Assembly (NCBI GenBank): GCA_040954595.2
Contig: CM082577.2
Location: 5,072,301 to 5,136,300 of the forward strand
Length of the DNA: 64,000 nt
From: Balanoglossus misakiensis
Lineage: Eukaryota; Animalia; Hemichordata
Reading direction: 5' to 3'
This document shows, piece after piece, positions 53,501 to 64,000 of this stretch (its first letter is position 1; each line of letters begins with the position of its first letter). A model generated the notes under the pieces. It had not been told where the DNA came from, did no database searches, and saw only the letters and a program-made list of their open reading frames with translations. The position numbers were made by a program, and so were the translations under genes.

Positions 53501-56500
53501 AATGTCAGTGTTGTTGCTGTTGTTGTTGGTGTTTCCTGCGTCACTCATAATGCACTGCTGATTGGTTGATTCGTGAGGCGGCTCATGCCGATTGGCTGAT
53601 TCGTGAGGCGGCTCACTCTGATTGGCAGATTCGTGACAAGGGTCACCCTGATTGGTTGATTCACCAGATGGGTCTCTCTGATTGGTCGAGTTACCAACAA
53701 GCCTACCCAGACTGGCTGACTCACAAGAAACTTGAGTCTCCATCGCTTCTGACTGGCTATCCGCACAGTTTTGACTGTTCTCCGCATTTTCTGAGTCGCC
53801 TGAAATTTCTTGGGAACACCCTTGACTGTTACTTGACATGCTAGACGTACCATATCCTTCGCTGTCCGCCTCTTGGCATGGTGGCGTCTCTTGACTGCTT
53901 CCACTGCGTGGCGACTTGAACACAAAACTATCAAGTCTTGGTTCTGTCAACAAACGCCATGACAGAAAGTGTTGTTTGGAAGAAATTTTGTGAAAGTAAG
54001 AATAACATTTGATTTAGAGCAATAACCGCAATCAATGTAGAAAATGATAAATGGGAATCCTTGAAAATGGTGAATAGTAAAGGGTGAATAATACAGTGTC
54101 TGTAAATTGTGCTCTTACGCTTTGCTGGTTTCCTGTTTGCCTCAAGTTCATCACTGTTACCTGCACTCCCTGGGTGTGAAAATGCTCTGAAATAAAAAAA
54201 TAACCTGTCAGCTGATCACAATAGTTCAAATGTCGTATTTTCTAAAATAGTTAGGATTCTACTTGTATAGAAGATGTCACTTCAATAAAAAATTTCAGGG
54301 AACATTAGATGGCACTTTGCACTACTGGTAAATTGGACATCAAAAGCATATTTTCTCATCCTTTGGATTTCTGCTCAAAAACTACAAACTTGCCTTTTCA
54401 ATCTGGACAGAGTCAGTGTCCTTATTGCTGGTTCTACACATGCTCTCTTACTCAGTAGGTGGTTACTATGACTACTGCTGGTGCTACTACTGGTTCCACC
54501 ACCGCTGCTGTTAGACCGCCCTCTACCAAACATTGCAGACAGTGAGGAAGGCTTCACTAATGCAGCTGGCTTCAGGTTGACAGCATATACAGATGATCTG
54601 GGTTCGTACATCTTGATCAGAGAGGTCTGTTATAAAAGACAACAACAGACATCAGTGATGAAACCAAAGAAAACACCATAAGACAAATAAGCATAATTAA
54701 TATGGCAGCACAATCTTTATTGTTTTATTTTAATAAGATCACAATTATTTACAAACACATTTGATCCTCACCTTGATAATTGCCAGTAATGTCTTCTCTT
54801 CTTGAAGTAGAATTTGTCTCTTGTCTGGAGTCACGTTGACATCAACACCCTCTGTAAGTGTAATGAGACTTGAGTTGAGCTTACTTGTAAAACTTCTGTC
54901 AAAATCTTAAATCATCAAATGTGACTCTAGTTTTGTGCAGGAAAACTCACTTCAGAAATCTAACGTTTATAGATAAGTTCAAAATGGCTACCTTTAGCCA
55001 GTGATATATCCATGACAACGAATGGATACTGATGTCTGTTGTACATGTGATAGACTTCATTGACCACCTTGGATACCTGTAAATGATCAACACAGCAACA
55101 GGACACTTATTCATTTGGGCAACAAATAGAAGACATAGCTAAAAGTACCATTTGACATAATGCACAAACCCTAATCCTGGACTCAAATTTCCAAGATGCA
55201 GACAAAATTTGGTTGCTCCATTACCTTGCTGTAGTCACAAGGTCTTTTATTAATAAAATAAAACTGCCTATCTGTACTGCTTCTTCCAAGTCCATGGTCT
55301 GGTTTGGAAACCAGTCCAGATACACTGCAAGAGACAAAACAATGATCATTGTCATTATTTTCAACTGATCGAGAAATGACAACATTTCATCATCCACTGG
55401 TTGTTGACTTGCCTGAATATGCCATTGAAGTTGTCAGCTTTGAGACCGTACTCTTCACAAACCTGTTCACTTGGAGAATACTGCTCAAACTCCAGCAGCG
55501 TCTGTAACTGAACAGACACAATAAAAGAGTTATAATGTTAGTTTTGACATTTTTTTACAATGTTTGACAACAGGTGTATGGTACTATGAGAAAGTTTAAA
55601 GCATGACAATTAAGTAGTGCAACTTCTATTCAACTACAGATATCGCACTTACTTGTTTTGGACCGAAAATGTTTGTGATGTTTTCCTTCATTGTTGTATT
55701 GCCATTGGTTGAGACCACGGCTAACTTCTTCCTGAAGAGAACAAGAAGCAAGAACTTGTGGTAGAAAAAATATAAACTGGTAGTTAAAACTGCATGTCTA
55801 AATTAATATACAAAAATATTTTCCAGTAAATGGTGTTTTTAAGTCACAATTTTTTTTTTTTTTTGAAGTTCTCTATTGGTGATAAAAAATTCAATCAACT
55901 GGCATAAGGCTTACCCTTTTCCACTCTGGTTGGTGCACTGTATTCTGACCCCAGTAGAGATGATACAGTATGCATATAAAACATTAACCATCTTTGTGTA
56001 TTCCTGTAAAAACAAGATTAATTCATCTTTCGGAGATTGTGGACCTTTAAACATTAATTGTCTTGCAATGTTTCTGTTAGGGTGGTACCCCTCCACCCCA
56101 CCCGGCCCCCTCTTGAAGGAAAGAAATGTTTCCATAGTGGTTTCATAAACCATTTTTATGAATGTACCCAAACCTTAGGAAACACTGCTTTGACTTCAAC
56201 TGGTTCATACCTTTTTCAGATTTCTGAGAAATTCTTTGTGCCTGACTGGTAGTGTGTAAAATATCTGCTGTAAAGTAACAGTAGTTCCTTGCTGAAAAAA
56301 AAATGAGAAAAGATTCATGTCAGATTCATGATAAACAAATATAAAGTGAAATTCAAGATTTCTTTCACTTTTATAACAATTCACCCACCTGTCTGGGACA
56401 TGCTTCTTCTTTACTGATCTTTCCACTGTGGTCATATTCCAACCTTGTTCCAATGTGGCTTGACTTGTGACATGTTATTACAGAAAGATTACTATGGACA

Positions 56501-57721
56501 AGAAAACCAAATAAACTAAACGGCAGTATCAAAATTTATAAATCAAAGTACATGTATAACTGTAAATTTAAAGCTTGTTTTCATTTTCAGATATTTGCAA
56601 TAAAAGTAAAATCCTTCTGGGAATTCTCAACGCTGATATCACTAATTCTTACCACAGAGCACACAGTGAACTCAAAGCTTCTCCTCGGAAACCAAACGTA
56701 GCAACGCTAGTAAGATCTGAGAAATCCTGAAGTTTGGAAGTGTGATGTTTCAAGGCTGCAAAAAAGCAAAGACATATATATAAGAGAATTGCTACTCACT
56801 TGATCTTTGTACGACAAATCAAAACACTTAAGTAATTAATTTACAAGAAAAAAATTGAGACAGGGCACAAAGTTTTACATAATTTTCTTTTGAAAAAAAC
56901 AAACGGAATGACCTTTGACCTCTTACCCAATCCTTCAAAATCCCCAGGATCAACTCCACTTCCATTGTCAGCCACTTCCAGTAATTCAGATCCATGATCT
57001 TTTAACCTAACATCTGTGAAGTGGAGATGGTAGCTGATGAAGTTTACATGTTTTTAAAAGCATTTTGGTTATGTATCAATAAACTTTGTTGAAACACTTG
57101 ACTCAGTGACTGGCTATCCACAGCTCACACGGCCTGTAAAATACTGCCAAGACAAGTGTAAAGTATATACTAATGACTGCATATATGCATCATTCTCTCT
57201 CTCTCAACTCACCTATATTTGTGGCACCGGCATCTAGACTATTTTCCACCAGTTCTTTGACAGCAGTCGCAAGATTTAAGACGACTTGGCCAGAACAGAT
57301 CTGATGTACGGACTGCTTATCGATGGCTTTGACATGTCCTGCTTTCATGTTTGTTGGTTTTCTGTCATAAATGAAAGTACTTATATTTTATATTCACTTG
57401 CCTACAATGATGGGGAAGAGTTATTGACTGGCCATGAGGGTAACTGCTAGTTTTGACCAATCACAGCAGAGGAAATGGACAAGATGTGTTACAATTATTT
57501 GAGTCTATTAATTATTATAAAAAGTGTTATGGGGTGTTTGTTTATCCAAATGTTTCAATTGTTTGACATGCATCATAACCATCATTAGACCTTAGAAGTG
57601 GGATCATGAATACTATAATTATATCAATGACATACCTATCTACAGGGGTGTCTTTGTCGCCAGGCGCCTCTTCATTTTCATGTCCCAACTCTCCACTCTC
57701 TTCAACTGCATTCCCCGCCAT
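50588..57721 (-). CDS. PMS2: Mismatch repair endonuclease PMS2 (MutL family)
   Basis: ATG 57721; [35 protein letters not shown]; [15 protein letters not shown]; TLPVRHKEF; [12 protein letters not shown]; GQFNLGFII; endonuclease motif [12 protein letters not shown] (split by an intron); [12 protein letters not shown]; [12 protein letters not shown]; stop TAG 50590-50588. Confidence 0.97.
50848..50944 (-). mobile_element. piggyBac-like MITE, full-length copy in the last PMS2 intron
   Basis: TTAA-CCCTGTCACC...GGTGAAAGGG-TTAA; reverse-complement homologue of 25823-25914. Confidence 0.8.
53560..53689 (-). repeat. Coding 30-nt minisatellite (about 4.3 units) in the PMS2 linker exon
   Basis: GATTGG recurs at 53560, 53590, 53620, 53650 and 53680; encodes ES(T/A)N(Q/R)x(D/E)PxH decapeptides. 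Confidence 0.9.
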
Positions 57722-57888
57722 CTTCTGAGTTCAAATTTTGACGATTCCAGCTGCTGGCGCTAGTCAAAATTTATGATTGATTTGGACTCAAGAGATTGTG
57801 CTACATTGGACACGCGACACCCCCACAATATCAAATGGTCAACTCCACATTACGTCATTTCCGGATTTAAAAATATTGTAGACGAAAC
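57722..57888. promoter_or_regulatory. Bidirectional PMS2/DAGLB promoter with an ETS-CRE composite motif
   Basis: TTACGTCATTTCCGG at 57850-57864 (CCGGAAATGACGTAA on -); YY1-type AAGATGGCGG over the PMS2 ATG; probable DAGLB first exon ending GAG|gtaaga at 57945. Confidence 0.65.
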
Positions 57889-58754
57889 ATGGCAGCGAAT
57901 AGAAAACGATAGTAGATTGTTGGATCAAAGGATACGATATACGAGGTAAGATGTTTTATTTCATATTTATGCAGTTTTGTTCAGCAGATTGCACGGATTT
58001 AGTATGAAGACCTAGATAATAATATGCAGCACGCGTGTAAAGCAAGTGTTCATTTTGACCATAGTGTGAACTGCAATTAAAAATGAAACCATATTTTCGA
58101 ACAAGGCTTCCGTGTGAAGTCCGTGCATTTGCGCTCAGTAAGTTTTCGCTGAAACTGCAGCTGTGCATTAGACCACTTGAAGCAAAGTACAGCCGGAGCA
58201 TCGATATCTTTTACTCGAAAACGACCGTTAAAACTTGTTCACCCTCCAAATCGATAATTCGGCGGCCAATTTACATCCTTGATAGGGTATGCAACCACCT
58301 GCCAACATCACAGACAGTGTTGATATGAACGGGATTATGGAACAGCATGAAATGAAATTGTCTTCGTAAGCACATTGGTATACGTGTAAATCATAGTTCA
58401 GGAGAGATAGCAATCACTGACTGTGTGTACTTTCTGTCTTTGGCACCGATGCTGTTTTTCATATTTTAATTTCACTTCAGCTTTGTACAGCTTCCGGGTG
58501 TATTGTTTAGTAAGGTGTGAATTGGTTTGTTTTTAGGTAGGAGAAACAAAACAATTAACATAATTATATTGTTTGCTTTACAACCTGTAATTGTTGGCTC
58601 TTGTTCGGATTTTTTATCTCAGTTTTACTAAGTTTTGATGGGGGGAAATTCATTTTGGAAAATAACATGGTTATAATATCTTTTTTTCAGTGACTAGGCA
58701 TACTGATGTGTTTTGGCTAAGCTATTGTTCTTGAACCTTGGAGAGAGGGCCATT

Positions 58755-61700
58755 ATGCCTGGACTGGTAGCATTTGGCCGTCGCTGGGAAATCGGTAGTG
58801 ATGATCTGGTATTCCCTGGTTTGGCTTCGGTTGCCATTCGACTAGCATGGTATGTATTCCAGCTGTGGTATTGTGATTATTCAAACTCATCATGGAAAGT
58901 CTTCATAGATTACTAGTAACAATGTCCTGAAATGTACTTTTTATTTTTAATATTCCAAGGACAGGGGAAAATAAGTGGGCTGGTATCACATTCACACATA
59001 ATATATCAGTGGACATTTTGTGAAGAGAACATAACCAGAAAACTAAAACAATTCGAGGGCACTGCTATTCATTTCTTCTGTGGATTTTTTAATTGCATGC
59101 TGAAGCGAACACCATATTGTGTAAATCTGTTCAGCCATGTGGACAGTAGCTGATCCATTGAACAGTTGTTTTCATGTCTATGAAAATATATCATACATGA
59201 TTATTCCAAGCATTTCACAGACTTTTTAGTTGTTTCATGAAGCTTAATTCTGGACCTGTATCAGAATGACCTTTCACCTTACTGTTCTCAACTCTCAAAG
59301 CAAACAATCATTTCTTCCCTTTGTACATTGTACCGCATGATGATATTGAAACACCATGCCTAATAAGGTACTTTTCTTGCAATAATACATAGTCAATTTA
59401 CTATTCTTTCTTCGTTAATACTTTTTTCACGAAGTACCAATTTTCTCCAAACCCCATGGTATTGCTAACAAGCCATGTGACCCACATCTAATGATGAACA
59501 ATAAATGCAGCCTTGACCTAAATCATTACTGTCACTGAACCATCTATGGAGACAGTTTTTGTCAAGAAATTTTTACATAGATGGGTTAATTTGCATAAAG
59601 ATATCCATTACGAATATTTACTCAGTTGAACATTGAAGTGTAGCTTTAAAATTTGATTGAATGTATTTGATATAAGCTTGTTGCCGCGAGTCCAAATTTG
59701 TGTATTGTTTTTAACATGTCAAGAAAAATATCAGTATATATTTAAGATACAGATTTTATGATTTATAGTTTTTAAAGTCAGTTTAAAAAGATTAAATACA
59801 TACATGCTATATCCTTATTTATAATATCATCAATTTGATATATTTAAATATTACTGTGGCTACTGGTACATGTTTTTTTTTTTCACAGAATAACTAATTT
59901 CTTTTCTTTTCTTTCTTGTAAAAAAACTCAGCAAAATCCTCTTCAAGCATTCATTCATATTTAATTTAAATTTATTGCACACAAAAAGATATATTTATTA
60001 AGACTCCACAGGGTGCAAAGGCTATTAGTTACAGAAGCATGTTTTTAAAAAACTGGTTCTAGTACCTAAACTTTTGAGTTCAGTGTGTACACAAAGCCAG
60101 TAGAATGGATATTGACCTCATGATAGGAATGTTAGACAGTGTTATGTCAATATTTCTGTTACGGCTGGCAGTCTCATTCAAACGCAGTGGCTGAAGTAAT
60201 ATACGGTAATTAAATTGAGGTATTGCAAGAACATGCTAATTGACAGCCCTGGAGAAATGTTTTTAATTAAGTAGCATGTAAAATTGGCCACACACAACCA
60301 AGTATTTTGCCAAGGTGTGAATTACTCAGCAAATTTATTTGCCGATCTGATTATAATATCAAAATAATTATTCACATCATAATGTTTAACCGTGAATGTT
60401 GATACAAAAATGATAAATTGTTAATTTTAGTTATTATATTCGAAGCATGTTTATGGCTGACTGAATTCAGATATTGAAGGCAATCAGAAAAGGGGATATA
60501 AGAGCATCAGTGAGTGTGTTTGTGGATAATGTTTCTGTGTTTTTCCTGTAGGATAATAGCTATTTCAGTGGTGTATCAGATCCATCGAGCTGACCTATCC
60601 AGTTGTGAAGGAGGGGATTTTCTTTTATCGTACTTGACTGGGGTACTCATCATCTTGGCAATTGTCATCATCCTGGAACTAATTATCGTTTACATCAGTA
60701 TGCAAGGATCGGTGATCAACACGCTACCACGCCGGCACCTCCCGCTTTTCCTATACTTCCGAGTTGTGTTCTTTATCCCGGAAATATTGTGGGTGATTTT
60801 GGGAACGGCCTGGGTCTTCCACCGGAGCAACGACTGCGACCCGGCAGTTGTCAAGACGGTGCAGGGGGCTGTGATCTCCAGTTGGATCATTCTCATCTTT
60901 GTGCTCATCGGCATCGCCTTGGTGTTTGACCCGCTGGGAAAGTTGCACGTGAAAATTGACAATAGTGACTTGCAGAGCAGTGAGGCGGAGCAGTTGCGTC
61001 ACAGCACACACATGGCGGCACAGAGAGCTTGGGAAAATAGGTGAGTTGAAAAAAATACTGCCGGTACGTCGACTTCCATGCATGATCACCAAGTATTAAA
61101 TCAGAAAACTTATCACTCCGAGACTGAGAGAACAACATAAATATTGTATGTATGTACACACGCACACATACATGCATGCGCACACACACAAAAATAGTTC
61201 ACACAGTGCTGTGCCATTATTTGCATATTAGCCAGGTTTCACCAGGTGTTCATCTGTGCCATGCTGACCCCACATATACATTTCCATTCTGATTTTTTTT
61301 CCTCTCCAGGTGTAAATTACTGTGTTGCTTTGCTGGCTGTGATGAGAATTCCCAGTTGGCGTTTACAGATGTCGCTGAACTCTTGACAGCATTTTTCAAG
61401 GTAGAGTAACTTATCTTCTGTGATCGATCTCAGAGATTGTCTGTAGGATAGCTGAACATCACTTCGAGGCAACTGCGTCACACTCACTCCTTGGCCGTTT
61501 AAAGTAATTGCATTGGCTAAACCCATCAATATTCTCTGAACTGTGTACGTGTATAGCTCTCACAACCCTAAAGCTACAAAGACGTTTTTCCAATTTGATC
61601 TGTTCGTAGTGTAGTACTCTGAAAGCTAATAAATGATACTAAATTCACATTCAATTAGCATATTGATCTCAGTTTGCAAATTATTTGGACACCCTGCATC

Positions 61701-62175
61701 TAAACTAAACCACCATCTCCTCATGAAGTCACAGCTTCTTACTCATTTCCTCTGACCACCCCACCCCAACCACGAATCCAGTTGTATACATGTAAAACAT
61801 CTCAGATACCCCTCCCCTGTTAATCCCACAGTAAAGTAAACTGCTATTTCTGATAAATCCCCACTTATTAACTAAACTGGTTTCTCACACATTTCTTCTC
61901 CCGCAAACACAGGACATTGATGTAGTGCCTTCAGACATAGCGGCAGGTCTGGCGTTGTTACAATTAGAGCAAGCATCCCAGGAAGGGTGCGGACAGCAAG
62001 CAGTACTATCAACGCTGACTGAGCAGCCCCGTCTTCCACGACCACCCACTTCTCCCTACACTGATATCCATAACGTTGCCTACTACATGAAATTTGCTGT
62101 AGCCTCCTATGGCTGGCCTCTCTATGTCTATTCGAACCCTCTCTGTGGCCTGTGCAAGTTGGCTCCAGAATGCAC
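58755..62175 (+). CDS. DAGLB: Diacylglycerol lipase beta, 5' exons only (gene continues beyond the window)
   Basis: MPGLVAFGRRWEIGSDDLVFPG (58755-58849); TM exon 60552-61040 (ISMQGSVIN..PRR, VFDPLG, WENR); CKLLCC exon 61310-61400; DVVPSDIAAGLALL...YMKFAVASYGWPLY exon 61913-62175. FGRRW..SDDLVFPG fits beta better than alpha. Confidence 0.9.
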
Positions 62176-64000
62176 GTAAGTAGTCAAAATATTTGTCCAA
62201 TATAAAGTAAAAATGGAATATGCATTTTCATATGTTCAATGTAATTATTGTAAGCAAGAAGGGTAAACTTGCCAGTTCAAATTCTTGTTTCTCTATGGGG
62301 CCAGAATATTTTGTATCTAAAATTATAGTTGCAACTAATCTACATGATTAACATTTATTTTTAATTATGTGGTTATCAATTTGCATGTATTATTGTCGCT
62401 TGCATATTCACAACGTGTCTTATCGTGTTTATTCTTGAACAGAGACACCTTGCATTATTGTATAACTTTGTACACCTTTGTGTCAGCTTTCTTTGCTCTA
62501 ACACCACTGCAATACATTTTGAAGTCATCAATTTGTACAAATAAATGCATTTTCGATCTACCGATAATTGGCAAGATTAATTAATTGCTTGTTGCTTTTT
62601 GTGTCATCATGTATTACTAGTATTTGGTGCATGCAGGCATGTTTTAACTTTTCACATGACTAAAACACATTTACCTTTTTTTTCCTTTGCTGGCATAATT
62701 TATGGATGTAATAATCGTGAGTAAAATAATTTCAATTTACTTGATCCTCACTAACCACTCATCTTCCAACTGTCATTTGTAGAATTAAATTTTATCTTAG
62801 GTGAATTATTTATGTTTAAAACTGAATCTGTAGCAATAAAAGAGAGGTCTCTCATTTTTTCACAAGTTGAAAATGTGGAGTGCAACATGTGGTGTCTGTA
62901 CCATGCACGGTTTTATGATTCCATTATTCGTCATCCCGGAAAATGTTTTTTTGAAGAAACTCATTTGCCGAGAATAATGAATTGAAAGTGGAGAGGGTTG
63001 AAATGATTAAGAACCATGTGTTGTATACCTGGTAATAATTAAGCACGGCTGTAAAATAATTACAAGTGAATATTGATGGAATCATATGTGTAAATTAGGG
63101 TATGTTTGATTTAAGCATACATTAGACCCTGGGTTTGGGGTTATTATTCGAGTCTGCAGCAGATGTAGTTGTCATAATGGAGCTGTGTGGGAAAATGATG
63201 AATGGTTTATTAATGTCAAAGGTCATTTCCCTTCAAAACCACACGACCAGGTTGTCATAAAAACAGGAAACTATGAATATGTAAATTTATAGTCTGTGAC
63301 ATGACATGCCGACAACACAATGAGTTGACAAGTGTTTTCAGGTTATTGGATGTCAACAGCGTGACTTAGCTAGCAGTATTATTTCTGGCAACATGAGGTC
63401 CGTCCTATTGAGGTGAACATTTAAAGATGTCGAGTCAGCCTCATAAAATCTAATCCATTGCAAGTAATGGGGATGCTGAATGCACGAGTGTTGAAATTTC
63501 TTTTGGTATAGCCCCATAGTTTGCTATGGTGAGGATCAATCCACAGCTTGGAAATAGGGGCGATGAAGGTTGCAAGCAGAGTATTAAAACTGACGGCAAA
63601 CAAAGATTACAGCATCAGTGGATGACAACAGAATGAACTCTCCTGAATTGATTCTGAAAAAAAATTGATCTCCAGGATAAATGTCTGGCCTTTCAAGTAG
63701 TTGCCATATATCAAAATCGTTATACCATGTAAGGTCCTGTACAGTAGTAACTACATTGTAACAACAGCAAAAATATTATGACTCAAACACTGCCATATAT
63801 ATGTATGTATAATATATAATACATGTATATCATCATGAATGCAGCTGTGTTTGCTGTCTGGTTTACATTGCATATTTTGATATGGACATTAGTCTTACTC
63901 ATGTCTCAATGTGCCATTTTCAAATGTATGCACAATACGAGAGCATGGAATTTGTCTCTTCCCATAAGAGTACATTGAGAGTTTGAGTGAGTATGGTGTT

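Noticed and set aside
55325-55412. Box C-like ATGATGA in a PMS2 intron (possible snoRNA)
   Set aside because: The intron is only 88 nt and lacks a suitably placed D box and terminal stem.
56909-56921. Perfect DR1 TGACCTTTGACCT, with similar motifs at about 50560 and 63213
   Set aside because: A recurrent motif in intronic or UTR positions; this copy sits right beside a splice donor and has no promoter context.

Overview
Eukaryotic, intron-rich genomic DNA, most likely from an invertebrate deuterostome (inferred from gene content and vertebrate-like exon structure; the species cannot be fixed from sequence). Nine spliced protein-coding genes can be reconstructed by eye: an ST6GalNAc-type sialyltransferase (+), USP36 (-), a small plant 'embryogenesis-like' type protein (+), NDE1/NDEL1 (-), MARF1 (+), NDUFA3 (-, invisible in the ORF track), GFER/Erv1 (+), PMS2 (-) and the 5' part of DAGLB (+). 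Eight of the nine form four consecutive head-to-head pairs with short shared promoters. Other points of note are three AG|GCAAGT GC-AG introns, a perfect DR5 element between two mitochondrial genes, an ETS-CRE composite motif, a back-to-back poly(A) signal, a coding 30-nt minisatellite in PMS2, uORFs, and several tiny non-autonomous transposons with target-site duplications. No tRNA, rRNA or CRISPR array was recognised, and I found no wholly new multi-gene system. Gene names rest on recalled homologue sequences, not on a database search.
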